Shown one piece after another: positions 31,790-42,191 of a stretch of 64,000 nt of DNA (its first letter is position 1; the number at the start of each line of letters is the position of its first letter). Both the position numbers and the translations under genes were made by a program. The stretch spans positions 64,001 through 128,000 of the forward strand of contig JBGAML010000003.1 in NCBI GenBank assembly GCA_044223005.1. The letters are read 5' to 3'. This DNA comes from Candidatus Eiseniibacteriota bacterium (GTDB taxonomy: Bacteria > Eisenbacteria > RBG-16-71-46). The notes under the pieces are model-generated. The model ran no database searches, was not told the origin of the DNA, and worked only from the letters and a program-made list of their open reading frames with translations.

Positions 31790-32923
31790 ATGATCACGAT
31801 CCTGCTCGCCACCGTTCTCGCGCTGCCCGCGGCCGCGCCCGCGGCTCCCGCGACGCCGGCCACGCCGGCCGTCGCGCCCGCAGCGCCCGAGCCGCCCGGC
31901 GCCACGCTGCCCGCCGACGTGCGCGCGCTGGTGCAGGCCGCGCGCGCACTGCGCTCGGCGCTCGGCGACATGCCGGTTTCGCCCGCGCCCGTCGTCGACG
32001 GGCCGGAGCAGCCGCCCGTGTGGATCGAATCCGTGATGCCCGTCGGCATGATCGGCCGTCGCGACGTCCGCAGCGAGACCACGCTCACCGTGCCGCGCAA
32101 CAGTTCGCTCGAACTGCGGACCTTCGCGGGCCAGATCGCGGTGCAGGCGTGGAACCGCAACACCGTGCGCGTCGTCGCCGAGCATGGCCGGCGCGACCGC
32201 CTGGTGCCGCGCTTCGAGAACGGGGCGCTCGTCGTCGAGGTCTCCGACCGGCTCGGCCAGCCCGCCTTCGGCGTCGTGACCGTGCAGGTGCCCGCGTGGC
32301 TGCCGGTGCGCGTCTCGAGCGTCGAGAGTCCGATCGACGTCGAAGGCCTGCGGGCGGCGGTCGAGGCGGGATCGATCCGCGGCAACGTGATCGCGCGCCG
32401 GGTGCACGGTCCGCTGCAGCTGCGTTCGGTCGAGGGCCTCGTGCGCGTCCAGGACGCGCGCGGCCCGGTGTCCGTGGCGTCGATCAACAACGTCATCCAG
32501 CTGGTCCGCGTGCTCGGCCAGATCGACGCCGAGAGCGTCAACGGCGACATCGATCTCGCGGACGTGGAATCGCCCGACGTCGAGGCGAGCAGCGTCAACG
32601 GCAGCGTCCAGTTCGCCGGACCCTTCCAGCCGCGCGGCCGCTATCGGTTGGCGTCGCACAGCGGCAACCTCCGGGTCGGCGTCCCCGTAGGCTCGGACGT
32701 GGACGTCTCGGTCCGCAACTTCCGCGGCGCCTTCCAGAGCGGCATCCCGCTCCAGGTCGGCCCGCACGGACCCGGGCGCCGCATCACGTTCACGCTCGGG
32801 GGCGGGGGCTCGACGCTCGAACTCGAGTCGTTCCAGGGTCTCATCCAGCTGTTGCGCTCGAACGAGCTGCCGGCGCCGCCGCCGCCGCCCCAGCGTCCCG
32901 CGCCGCAGGGGGAGGATCGATGA
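31790..32923 (+). CDS. DUF4097 beta-strand repeat protein
   Basis: Signal peptide, Pro/Ala linker, S-V-N-G-x-I repeats. Confidence 0.85.
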   Translation: MITILLATVLALPAAAPAAPATPATPAVAPAAPEPPGATLPADVRALVQAARALRSALGDMPVSPAPVVDGPEQPPVWIESVMPVGMIGRRDVRSETTLTVPRNSSLELRTFAGQIAVQAWNRNTVRVVAEHGRRDRLVPRFENGALVVEVSDRLGQPAFGVVTVQVPAWLPVRVSSVESPIDVEGLRAAVEAGSIRGNVIARRVHGPLQLRSVEGLVRVQDARGPVSVASINNVIQLVRVLGQIDAESVNGDIDLADVESPDVEASSVNGSVQFAGPFQPRGRYRLASHSGNLRVGVPVGSDVDVSVRNFRGAFQSGIPLQVGPHGPGRRITFTLGGGGSTLELESFQGLIQLLRSNELPAPPPPPQRPAPQGEDR

Positions 32924-33744
32924 AGCGCTTCGACATTCGGGCCCTGCTCGGGCCCGCGCTCCTCGGCGTCATCGGCGCGACGCTGATCGCCGGCGCCAGT
33001 GGCAGCAACGCGTGGGCGGCCGACACCGCCCGGCGCCAGGAGACTTGGAACTGGAGCGGCACGCTCGCCGCGGGCCGCAAGCTCGAGATCCACGGCGTCA
33101 ATGGCGAGATCGTCGCCGAGCCCGGCACGGGAGACCGCGTCGAGGTCGTCGCCGACAAGCACTCGCGCAAGCACGATCCGGCGCTGGTGCGCATCAAGGT
33201 GGTGCAGGATTCCGACGGCATCACGATCTGCGCGATCTACCCGGGCAAGGGTTCGCCCTGCGAGCCCGCGCACTTCTCGCTCTCGGACAAGGCGGACGAC
33301 GTCCAGGTCGACTTCCACGTGAAGCTGCCCGCCGCCGCGCGATTCGAGGCCGACAACGTCAACGGCGCCGTCCGCGTGCACGGGCTCACGGGTCCGCTGC
33401 GCGCCCGCACGGTGAACGGTGCGTGCGAGATCGAGACGTCCGGACCCAGCGACGTCTCCACGGTCAACGGCGCGGTGAACGCCACGCTGACGCGCATCCC
33501 GACCGGTGACGACAACGAGTTCAAGACCGTGAACGGCGGCATCCGGCTCGCGCTTCCCGAGGGCGCCAACGCCGAGTTCCACGCCTCGACCGTGAACGGC
33601 TCCATCTCGTCGGACTTCCCGGTCACGATGAGCGGCCAGTGGGGGCCGCATTCGGCGCACGGCACGCTCGGCCGCGGCGGCCCGCGGCTCGCGGTGAGTA
33701 CCGTGAACGGCGGCATTCGCGTGGTGCGTTCCGGCGTGCAATGA
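32920..33744 (+). CDS. DUF4097 beta-strand repeat protein
   Basis: GGAGG RBS, ATGA overlap, signal peptide, repeated TVNG motifs. Confidence 0.85.
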   Translation: MKRFDIRALLGPALLGVIGATLIAGASGSNAWAADTARRQETWNWSGTLAAGRKLEIHGVNGEIVAEPGTGDRVEVVADKHSRKHDPALVRIKVVQDSDGITICAIYPGKGSPCEPAHFSLSDKADDVQVDFHVKLPAAARFEADNVNGAVRVHGLTGPLRARTVNGACEIETSGPSDVSTVNGAVNATLTRIPTGDDNEFKTVNGGIRLALPEGANAEFHASTVNGSISSDFPVTMSGQWGPHSAHGTLGRGGPRLAVSTVNGGIRVVRSGVQ

Positions 33745-33831
33745 CCCGAGGGCGGCCGGAGGCGTGATACGCTTCCGGCCGCCGCGCGGCGTCCCGGCTT
33801 CCGGACCGCGCATCGATCCCGGAGACCTCGT

Positions 33832-34326
33832 TTGCGCCGCTTGCCCGTCCATGCGCTCGCCGCCCTCGGCTTCGCCGCCTTCGCGGTGATCGCCGCTCCC
33901 GCGCTCGCCGCGCGCACGAGTGCTCCGCCTTCCGACACGCCGCCGTCGTCGCGCTTCACCTGAGCGCCGTACGCGGTCCCGTCGGGGCCGGTCGTCGATT
34001 CCGACTTCGCGCTCTTCCACATGCAGCGCGCGCTCTGGGATCCCGTGGATCCCACGCAGGTCGGCTCGCTCGCCGATTCGCTGCACTGGCGCGTGAACGG
34101 CGAGGTCTACCGGTTCGCCAGCGAACGCAACCTGCGCCGCTTCATGGAGGCGCCCGAGCTCTGGTGCGGGTTGCTGCGCGATCCCGTCACGGGCGAGCGC
34201 TTCTGGCCGTCGGCGCACTCGCCCGAGGCCTTCTGGGTCGGCGGCCCGTACTTCTTCGCGAGCGATTCGACCAAGCGGAAGTTCGTCGACGACCCCAAGC
34301 GCTACGAGGTCGTGCGCGCGCTCTGA
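33832..34326 (+). CDS. Exported tandem-YHS protein with in-frame TGA (candidate selenoprotein, Sec44)
   Basis: GGAGA RBS then TTG; signal peptide MRRLPVHALAALGFAAFAVIAAPALA; TGA 33961-33963 in frame with two YHS-like repeats (DPV...YRFAS...F..AP; DPV...YFFAS...F..DP). Confidence 0.7.
33974..33990 (+). promoter_or_regulatory. Bacterial SECIS-like hairpin
   Basis: CGGTCCC-GTC-GGGGCCG; the loop starts with G and is separated from the TGA by 17 nt. Confidence 0.55.
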
Positions 34327-34348
34327 TCACCCGCCCGGCGGAGGCCCC

Positions 34349-34855
34349 ATGGAAACCGACGAGCTGAAGGCGTTCTTCGCGACGTGGGATCACGAGGCGG
34401 CCAAGGCCGCAGCGCTGATCCGCGCCATTCCGGAGGACCGGTACGATTTCCGTCCCGATCCCGCGGGCCGCTCGCTCGGCGAGCTGGCGTGGCACCTCGC
34501 CGAGGGCGACGCGTACATGTCCCTGCTCGCCGCGCGCGGATCGTGGACGCCGGGCGAGAAGCCGCCGGGCGTCGAACGGCCGCGCACGGTCGCGGAGCTC
34601 GCACCCGGGTTCGAGCGCGTGCACGCGGAGGCCCGCGCGCGGCTCGCGCACCTGGCGAGCGCCGATCTCGCGCGCGAGATCGCGACGCCGGGCGGGCATG
34701 CGAAGAGCGTGAGCCGCGTCCTGTGGGAGATGGTGCTCTACCACCTGATCCACCATCGCGGGCAGCTCTCGCTCATGGTCCGGCTCGCCGGCGGGATCGC
34801 CCCGGGCATGTACGGGCCGAACCGCGAGGCGACGGCGGCGATGAAGCAGGGCTGA
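34349..34855 (+). CDS. DinB family protein
   Basis: FRPDPAGRSLGELAWHL...HLIHHRGQL...PGMYGP. Confidence 0.9.
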   Translation: METDELKAFFATWDHEAAKAAALIRAIPEDRYDFRPDPAGRSLGELAWHLAEGDAYMSLLAARGSWTPGEKPPGVERPRTVAELAPGFERVHAEARARLAHLASADLAREIATPGGHAKSVSRVLWEMVLYHLIHHRGQLSLMVRLAGGIAPGMYGPNREATAAMKQG

Positions 34856-34910
34856 AACGCGGCGCGCGACGGACCGCCGGTCCGCCGCGCGTCTCGTCCG
34901 CTCCGTCCGC

Positions 34911-35792
34911 TCAATCCAGCGCGAAGAACTCCTGTGACGGCGGCGGCGGCGTGCCGACCAGGATCGGCAGCACCCACGTGCGCGAGTCCGCCGGCGAGGC
35001 CGCGTCGGCGAGCGTGCGGCCCGAGTAGACCGTGACGCCGATCTGCGCGAGGCCCGTACCGTCGACGCGCACCGTCGCCTCGGCGTGCGAGGCGTCGCGC
35101 CGGCGCGCGGCCACCCGCTGGTCGCCCACGAACACGCACACCGCCGCGTCCGCGGCGAGCCCGCCGACGAACACGCGCACGCTGTCGCCCGGCGCGGTGA
35201 CCGCGCAGTTGCCCGGCTGCACGGCCAGCTCGTCGAGGTCCGACAGCACGCTGAGGAACCCGCCGCTCACCGCGTGCGTGTGCAGGTTGACGAGCGGCAG
35301 CGCCGCCGAGGACGCCGGCGTCGTGCCGACCAGCGCGCTCACCGAGCCAACGCGCCACGCGGTCTCGCCGCCCGCGCCGGCCGGCACGCGACGCAGCTCG
35401 ACCTGGCGCACGCACGAATCGCGCAGCGCCTTGCGCACGATCTGGTCGCGGCCGCGGGCGTTGCGCTCGCGAATCTCGAGCGCACCCTCGACCCAGCGCT
35501 GGATCGTCACGGTGGCGCGCGTCGGCCGGCCGGACGCATCGGCGCCGCCGAACGCGAACCGGAGCGACGGCGGGCTCGCGTGCAGGCGCTGCGTCACGCG
35601 CTGCGTCCCGAACGTGGCGGGTTCGCCCGCGGAGCTGAACGGGTCGGCGAGCAGGCCGGTGCGGCCGAGCACGCCCTCGATGGCGGCCCGGTCGGCGCCG
35701 TCGGCGGCAGTGGCGAACGCGTGCGGCGCGCGGACCCCGGAGAACGCGAGCGCGAGCACGAGCAGGTGAAGGGCGATCCGGCGGGACGACAT
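34911..35792 (-). CDS. Hypothetical exported protein
   Basis: GGAGG RBS, signal peptide ending AFA, coding-like composition; no family recognised. Confidence 0.7.
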   Translation of the reverse strand: MSSRRIALHLLVLALAFSGVRAPHAFATAADGADRAAIEGVLGRTGLLADPFSSAGEPATFGTQRVTQRLHASPPSLRFAFGGADASGRPTRATVTIQRWVEGALEIRERNARGRDQIVRKALRDSCVRQVELRRVPAGAGGETAWRVGSVSALVGTTPASSAALPLVNLHTHAVSGGFLSVLSDLDELAVQPGNCAVTAPGDSVRVFVGGLAADAAVCVFVGDQRVAARRRDASHAEATVRVDGTGLAQIGVTVYSGRTLADAASPADSRTWVLPILVGTPPPPSQEFFALD

Positions 35793-36073
35793 GGTGCGAG
35801 CCTCCGTGCCATGCGGGTAGTACGGGCCCGGTGCGTCCGGGCCGCGGGAGAGGGGTCCACGGCCTGAGCAGTCGACGTGCCCGGCGGCGCCCGACGCAGG
35901 CGCGGGGTTTTGCGCGGCCCGGGCCGCCCTCGAGCACGCGGGAACGCACGATCCCGCGCGCGCCGCCGTGCACCGCGCACGGTCGCCTGGCTTTGGCCGC
36001 CCCTCGCGCGCTCTGCTATAAGTCCGCGCGCACGCGGCGCGGCGCCCACCGCGCCCTCCGCTCCCGGGGGCCC

Positions 36074-37681
36074 ATGGAACGCATCGAGTCCCACCTCGAC
36101 CCGTCGTCCGACGACTTCAAGGCCAACGCCGCCCACCACGCCGCGCTCGCGGCCGACCTGCGCCAGCGACTCGCGGGCGTGACGCGCGGCGGCGGCGCCG
36201 ACGCGGTCGCGCGCCACAAGTCCCGCGGCAAGCTCTTCGTGCGCGAGCGCATCGAGCGGCTGCTCGATCCGGGAACGCCGTTCCTCGAACTTTCGCCGCT
36301 CGCGGCCGACGGCGTGTACGGCGACGACGTGCCCTCCGCGGGCATCGTCACCGGCGTCGGGTCCGTGCACGGCCGCCACGTGATGGTGGTCGCCAACGAC
36401 GCCACGGTGAAGGGCGGCACGTACCTGCCGCTCACCGTCAAGAAGCACGTGCGGGCGCAGGAGGTCGCGCTCGAGAACCGGCTGCCGTGCGTCTACCTCG
36501 TCGACTCGGGCGGCGCGTTCCTGCCGCTGCAGGCCGAGGTGTTCCCCGATCGCGATCACTTCGGGCGCATCTTCTACAACCAGGCGCGCATGTCCGCGCT
36601 CGGGATCCCGCAGATCGCCGTGGTGATGGGCTCGTGCACGGCGGGCGGCGCCTACGTGCCCGCCATGAGCGACGAGACGGTGATCGTCAAGAACCAGGGC
36701 ACGATCTTCCTCGGCGGCCCGCCGCTCGTGAAGGCCGCCACCGGAGAAGAGGTGACGGCCGAGGAACTGGGCGGGGGCGACGTCCACACGCGCATCTCGG
36801 GCGTGGCGGACCATCTCGCCGACGACGACACCGACGCGCTCGAGCGCGCGAGGGAGATCGTCGCGCACCTGGGCGCGGCCTCGCGCGCGCGGCTCGACCT
36901 GCGCGAGCCCGAGCCGCCGGCCTACGACGTCGAGGAGCTCTACGGCGTGCTGCCGCAGGACCTGCGCACACCGGTCGATCCGCGCGAGATCATCGCCCGG
37001 CTCGTGGACGGCTCGCGCTTCCACGAGTTCAAGGCCCGCTACGGCACCACGCTCGTCACCGGCTTCGCGCACCTGCACGGCATGCCGGTCGCGATCCTCG
37101 CGAACCACGGCATCCTGTTCAGCGAGTCCGCGCTCAAGGGGACGCACTTCATCGAGCTCGCCTCGCAGCGCGGCGTGCCGCTGCTCTTCCTGCAGAACAT
37201 CACCGGGTTCATGGTCGGCAAGGCCTACGAGCACGGTGGCATCGCGAAGGACGGCGCCAAGCTGGTGCACGCGGTCGCCAACGCGCCGGTGCCGCGGCTC
37301 ACGCTCGTCACCGGCGGCAGCTTCGGCGCCGGCAACTACGGCATGTGCGGACGCGCCTACCAGCCGCGGTTCCTGTTCATGTGGCCCAACAGCCGCATCA
37401 GCGTGATGGGCGGCGAGCAGGCGGCGAGCGTGCTCGTGCAGGTGAAGCGCGCGCAGCTCGAGGCCGCGGGCAAGCAGCTCTCGGCCGCCGAGGAAGCCGC
37501 GATCCGGCAGCCCGTGCTCGACAAGTACGAGCAGGAGGGCAGCCCGTACTATTCGAGCGCCCGGCTCTGGGACGACGGCGTCATCGATCCCGCCCAGACG
37601 CGCGACGTGCTCGCGCTGGCGCTGTCGGCGAGCCTCAACGCGCCGATCCCGGAGATGCGCTTCGGCGTGTTCCGCATGTAG
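36074..37681 (+). CDS. Methylcrotonyl-CoA carboxylase beta (carboxyltransferase) subunit
   Basis: [62 protein letters not shown]. Confidence 0.92.
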   Translation: MERIESHLDPSSDDFKANAAHHAALAADLRQRLAGVTRGGGADAVARHKSRGKLFVRERIERLLDPGTPFLELSPLAADGVYGDDVPSAGIVTGVGSVHGRHVMVVANDATVKGGTYLPLTVKKHVRAQEVALENRLPCVYLVDSGGAFLPLQAEVFPDRDHFGRIFYNQARMSALGIPQIAVVMGSCTAGGAYVPAMSDETVIVKNQGTIFLGGPPLVKAATGEEVTAEELGGGDVHTRISGVADHLADDDTDALERAREIVAHLGAASRARLDLREPEPPAYDVEELYGVLPQDLRTPVDPREIIARLVDGSRFHEFKARYGTTLVTGFAHLHGMPVAILANHGILFSESALKGTHFIELASQRGVPLLFLQNITGFMVGKAYEHGGIAKDGAKLVHAVANAPVPRLTLVTGGSFGAGNYGMCGRAYQPRFLFMWPNSRISVMGGEQAASVLVQVKRAQLEAAGKQLSAAEEAAIRQPVLDKYEQEGSPYYSSARLWDDGVIDPAQTRDVLALALSASLNAPIPEMRFGVFRM

Positions 37682-37996
37682 CGCTCTCGCGCGCGCCCGG
37701 CTCCACCAGCGGGCGCGGCGAGGGTGCCGGTTCGGTCCTGCTGCGCGTGCGTTTCGCACGATGCTGCCCGCCGGCGCGATTCGCCGCGGAATTTCGCGAA
37801 AGCCCCTGCTCCGGGCCCTCGGCCATGGTCTACAATCGTGACGCTCGGCGTCGTCGGTTCACCCCTCCCGGACGGCCGCCGAGCTTCGTCGTACGCCTCG
37901 CGCCCCCCGCGCGCCTGCCCGCGCTCACGGCGTCCCGTATCCCTTCGGCCGCGCGCCCGCCCCCATCGGGTCGTGCTTTTCGTCTCGGAGAACATC

Positions 37997-40900
37997 GTGC
38001 CTCGCCCGATCCGAATCCCCCTGCCGTCTCTTCTCGCCATTCTGTTCGTGAGCCTCGTCCTGCCCGCACGGGCGGCGGCTCCCATTCCCAACGATGTTCC
38101 GGTGCGCAAGGCGACGAGCACCGGCGTCGTCGGGTTCTCCGAACGCGTCAGCGACATCATGCGGCGCCAGGCCGTGGAGGACGCGGCCGGTGAGCGTCCC
38201 GAGCGCGATGCGGAGGAGAAGGAGAACGATCGCATCGGGCCGTTCCGTACGAACCTCCCCGTGAATGCGGGTTCGCCCGACGCGGAAGTGTTCGGCACGA
38301 TGATCCCCGGCGGCCGCGCGGCATCGCCGCTCGCGGCGAACCAGGTGCTGAGCCCGCAGCCGATCGGCGTCAACGTCACGACCGCGACGCTCTCGGGCAC
38401 CTACCCGACGCTCTCGTTCCCGCCGGACAACATGGGCGCGGTCGGTCCGACGCAGTTCCTCGTGTTCGTGAACGGCCGCCTGCTCAGCCTGAACAAGGCG
38501 ACCGGCGCGCCGGACGGCGTCCTGAACGCCGACCCCGACGTGTTCTTCAACTCGGTCCTCAACGGTTCGTCGACGAGCGACCCGCGCGTGCGCTACGACC
38601 GGCTCACGGGGCGCTGGTTCCTCGTCATCATCAACGTCTCGACGCCGAATCGCGTCCTGCTCGCCGTCAGTGACGCCACGAGCAACGGCATCCTGACGGG
38701 TGCCACGACCTGGACGTTCTTCTACATCCCGATCGACACGACGCCGCCCACGATCTCGTCGGGCTGCCTCGCGGACTACCCCACGCTCGGCATCGACGCG
38801 AACGCGCTCTACATCGGCACCAACGACTTCTGCAGCGGCGCGACCACGTACAACGGCACCGACCTGTACGTGATCCGCAAGACCTCGATCATGGGCGCGG
38901 GCCCCATCGTGGTGACCGCCTTCCGCCAGTTGGCCACGGCCAGCGGCGCCGGTCCGTACACGCCTCAGGGCGTGGACAACTACGACCCGAACGCGACCGA
39001 GGGCTACGTCATCGGCATCGACAACGCCTCGTTCGGCCTGCTGCAGATGCGCCGGATCACGAATCCCGGCGGCACGCCGTCGATCTCGGCCAACATCCCG
39101 ATCACCGTGTCGACGTGGCTCTATCCGCCCAACTCGCCGCACCTCGGCAACACGCGTTCGTCGGCCGGCTACCTCAGCAGCGTCGACGACCGCCTGTTCG
39201 CGGCGCACATCCGCAACGGCCAGCTCTGGACCGCGCACAACGTCGGCACCACCAACGCCGGTGCCGGCACGGGGACCGCATCGCGCGCCGGCGTGCGCTG
39301 GTACCAGCTGAACGTGCCCGCGGGAAGCGGCACGCCGACGGTCGTGCAGTCGGGACTCGTCTACACCGCGAGCGCCTCCAACACCACCGACCAGCGGAAC
39401 TTCATCATTCCGTCGATCATGGTGTCGGGGCAGGGGCACGCGGCCGCGACGTTCACCACCGCCGGCACCAGCGAGTACGCCAACGCGGGCGTGTTCGGCC
39501 GCTACGCGTCGGATGCCGCCGGGACGATGCAGGCGACGACGCTGCTGACGGCGGCGACGACCGCCTACAACCCGCCGAGCGACCCCGGCCAGACCGGCGT
39601 GGGGCGCCGCTGGGGTGACTACACGTACGTGAGCCTCGATCCGCTCGACGACATGACGATGTGGACGGTCAGCCAGTTCACCAACGCGACGAACTCCTAC
39701 GGCGTCCGCGTGGCGCAGCTGCTCGCGCCGCCGCCGGCGACGCCCGCGACGCTCGCCGACGTCACGGCGGGTCAGGCGTCGGTGACGCTGACGCTGACCG
39801 GGACGTCCGTGTCGAACTCGGGCTTCTACGATCCGGGTGCGAACCCGCCCGCGGGCCGGCCGTTCAACCACCTGTCGGCCGCCGTCTCCAACGGCACGGC
39901 GACCGGTACGCCGCCCAGCGTGGTGTCGGCCACGTACCTGACGCCGACCACGGTGCAGCTCGTGCTCAACGCCTCGAGCGCGACGCCCAACGTCGGCGCC
40001 GAGAAGTACACCGTCACGATCACCAACCCGGACGGCCAGACGGCCGCGGCGGCGATCGTGCACGTGGTGAGCGGCGTCGCGCCGGTCGCGACGATCGGCA
40101 CCGGCCCGACGACCACCGAGGGCGATGCCGGCACCAAGTCCTTCGACTTCCCGGTCACGCTGTCGGCCGCCTCCGGCTCGCCGGTGATCGTGCGCTGGCA
40201 GACGGCGAACGGCTCGGCCACCGTCGCGGACGGCGACTACGCCGCCGCGAACGACTCGATCACGATCGCCGCGGGCGCCACCACCGGGACGATCCACGTG
40301 CTCGTGAACGGTGACACCAAGCACGAGTCCGACGAGACGTTCACGGTCACGTTGACCAGTGCCTCCGGCGCGACGCTCGGCGCCTCCGTGAGCGCGACGG
40401 GCACGATCCAGAACGACGATGCCGTGCCCACGCTCGAGATCGCCCTCTCGGCCTCGACCGCCGAAGGCGACGCGGGCACGACGGCGTTGCCCTTCGCGGT
40501 GACGCTGTCGAACCCCACCGACCAGGTCGTGACCGCGAGCTGGGCGACCTCGGACAACACCGCGACGGTCGCCGACAACGACTACGAGGCCGGCAGCGGC
40601 ACGGTGACGATCCCGGCGGGCACGACCTCGGGCAGCGTGAGCGTGAACGTCGTGGGCGACGTCACGTTCGAGTCGAACGAATCGTTCGGGGTCACGCTGA
40701 GCGCGCCGTCGAACGCGACGCTCGGCAACGCCGTCGCGACGGGCACGATCACCAACGACGACGCGATGCCGACCCTGTCGGTGGACGACGTGACCCACCT
40801 CGAGGGCAACTCCGGCACGACGCTCCACCAGTTCACGGTCTCGCTCTCGGCGGCGAGCGGCGTCCTCGCTTCGGTCGACATCGCGACCGCGGACGGCACG

Positions 40901-42055
40901 GCGATCGTCGCGGACGGCGACTACGCCGCGGCGAACGCCGAGCTCACCTTCCCGCCGGGCACCACCACGAAGACGTTCGACGTGCTGGTGAACGGCGACA
41001 CCGTGCTCGAGGCGGACGAAGCCTTCGCCGTGAACCTCACGAACCCGGTGAGCGCGACGATCGCCCGTGCAAGCGGTACCGGCACCATCACCAACGACGA
41101 CGCGACGCCGTTGATCACCCTCGATGGCGCCTCCGTGGCCGAGGGCAACACCGGCACGACGCCGCTCACCTTCACCGTGCACCTCTCGAGCGCGTCGGCC
41201 ACCCCGGTGACCGCGCACTGGCAGGCGGAGGACGGCACCGCGACCTCGGCCGGCGCCGACTACGTCGCGGCGAGCGGTACGGTGACGATTCCCGCGCTGG
41301 CCCTGTCGGCGCCCATCGTCGTGCAGGCGGTCGGTGACAGCTGCGGCGAGGCGGACGAGACGTTCTCGGTGGCGCTCTCGAGCCCCTCCGGCGCGGCGAT
41401 CCAGGCGGGCACCGCGACGGGCACGATCCTCAACGACGACGACACCACGGCGCCCACGGCCACGGTGCTGTCGCCGGACGGCGGCGAGGCCCTGGAGGTG
41501 GCGTCGACGACCTTCGTCACCTGGTCCGCGTCGGACAACGGCGCGGTCTCGGGCGTCGACGTGCTGCTCTCGCGCGACGGCGGGGCGACGTATCCCGAGG
41601 TGCTCGCGTCCGGCCTGCCGAACACGGGCTCGTTCGAGTGGACCGTGACCGCGCCGGCGACGGCCACCGCCATGGTGCAGGTGAAGGCCCACGACGCGAA
41701 CTGCAACATCGGCAGCGACGTGAGCAACGCCGTGTTCGAGATCGTCGACCACGTGACGGGTGTCGAGAACGGCGTCGTGACGTCGTTCGCGCTCGGCGCC
41801 GTGCAGCCGAATCCCTCGCGCGGCGCGGTGACGTTCGCGTACCAGAACCCGGTCGACACGCGCGTGCGACTCTCGGTCGTCGACGTCATGGGACGCGAGA
41901 TCGTCGTGCTGGTCGACGGTACGGTCACGAAGGGCCGTCACGCCGCCACGTGGTCGGGCGCGACGTCGTCCGGCCAGGCCGCGCGCGGGCTCTACTTCGT
42001 GCGCTACGTCGCGGGTGGCAAGACGTTCAGCCATCGCTTCGCCCTCGTGCACTGA
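37997..42055 (+). CDS. Large secreted protein with 4 Calx-beta repeats, Ig-like modules and FlgD/T9SS-A-like CTD
   Basis: GTG after GGAG; signal peptide; PPDNMGAVGP...SDPRVRYD...RWGDY N-domain; four EG(D/N)xG...TI.NDD repeats; SPDGGE module; PNPSRG CTD. Confidence 0.88.
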   Translation: MPRPIRIPLPSLLAILFVSLVLPARAAAPIPNDVPVRKATSTGVVGFSERVSDIMRRQAVEDAAGERPERDAEEKENDRIGPFRTNLPVNAGSPDAEVFGTMIPGGRAASPLAANQVLSPQPIGVNVTTATLSGTYPTLSFPPDNMGAVGPTQFLVFVNGRLLSLNKATGAPDGVLNADPDVFFNSVLNGSSTSDPRVRYDRLTGRWFLVIINVSTPNRVLLAVSDATSNGILTGATTWTFFYIPIDTTPPTISSGCLADYPTLGIDANALYIGTNDFCSGATTYNGTDLYVIRKTSIMGAGPIVVTAFRQLATASGAGPYTPQGVDNYDPNATEGYVIGIDNASFGLLQMRRITNPGGTPSISANIPITVSTWLYPPNSPHLGNTRSSAGYLSSVDDRLFAAHIRNGQLWTAHNVGTTNAGAGTGTASRAGVRWYQLNVPAGSGTPTVVQSGLVYTASASNTTDQRNFIIPSIMVSGQGHAAATFTTAGTSEYANAGVFGRYASDAAGTMQATTLLTAATTAYNPPSDPGQTGVGRRWGDYTYVSLDPLDDMTMWTVSQFTNATNSYGVRVAQLLAPPPATPATLADVTAGQASVTLTLTGTSVSNSGFYDPGANPPAGRPFNHLSAAVSNGTATGTPPSVVSATYLTPTTVQLVLNASSATPNVGAEKYTVTITNPDGQTAAAAIVHVVSGVAPVATIGTGPTTTEGDAGTKSFDFPVTLSAASGSPVIVRWQTANGSATVADGDYAAANDSITIAAGATTGTIHVLVNGDTKHESDETFTVTLTSASGATLGASVSATGTIQNDDAVPTLEIALSASTAEGDAGTTALPFAVTLSNPTDQVVTASWATSDNTATVADNDYEAGSGTVTIPAGTTSGSVSVNVVGDVTFESNESFGVTLSAPSNATLGNAVATGTITNDDAMPTLSVDDVTHLEGNSGTTLHQFTVSLSAASGVLASVDIATADGTAIVADGDYAAANAELTFPPGTTTKTFDVLVNGDTVLEADEAFAVNLTNPVSATIARASGTGTITNDDATPLITLDGASVAEGNTGTTPLTFTVHLSSASATPVTAHWQAEDGTATSAGADYVAASGTVTIPALALSAPIVVQAVGDSCGEADETFSVALSSPSGAAIQAGTATGTILNDDDTTAPTATVLSPDGGEALEVASTTFVTWSASDNGAVSGVDVLLSRDGGATYPEVLASGLPNTGSFEWTVTAPATATAMVQVKAHDANCNIGSDVSNAVFEIVDHVTGVENGVVTSFALGAVQPNPSRGAVTFAYQNPVDTRVRLSVVDVMGREIVVLVDGTVTKGRHAATWSGATSSGQAARGLYFVRYVAGGKTFSHRFALVH

Positions 42056-42072
42056 GTTCGATCGTACGACAC

Positions 42073-42102
42073 GAACGGGCGGGCCTCCGGGTCCGCCCGT
42101 TC
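42073..42102 (+). terminator. Hairpin after the Calx-beta gene
   Basis: GAACGGGCGGGCC-TCCG-GGTCCGCCCGTTC. Confidence 0.6.
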
Positions 42103-42191
42103 CGCGTTTCGAGCCGCCGCGCGCCGCGCGCCACGACCGTGTACCGTGCGCGCATGCTCGCGCTCGCCTTCGCGCCGGACCGGCTCCCTGC

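Noticed and set aside
34021..34326. The 101-aa ORF-track call as the complete YHS gene
   Set aside because: No RBS before ATG 34021, while the upstream in-frame RBS, TTG and signal peptide explain the region better.
40080..41440. Repeated DNA segments of about 330 bp period
   Set aside because: Explained by four Calx-beta protein repeats; not CRISPR or a mobile element.
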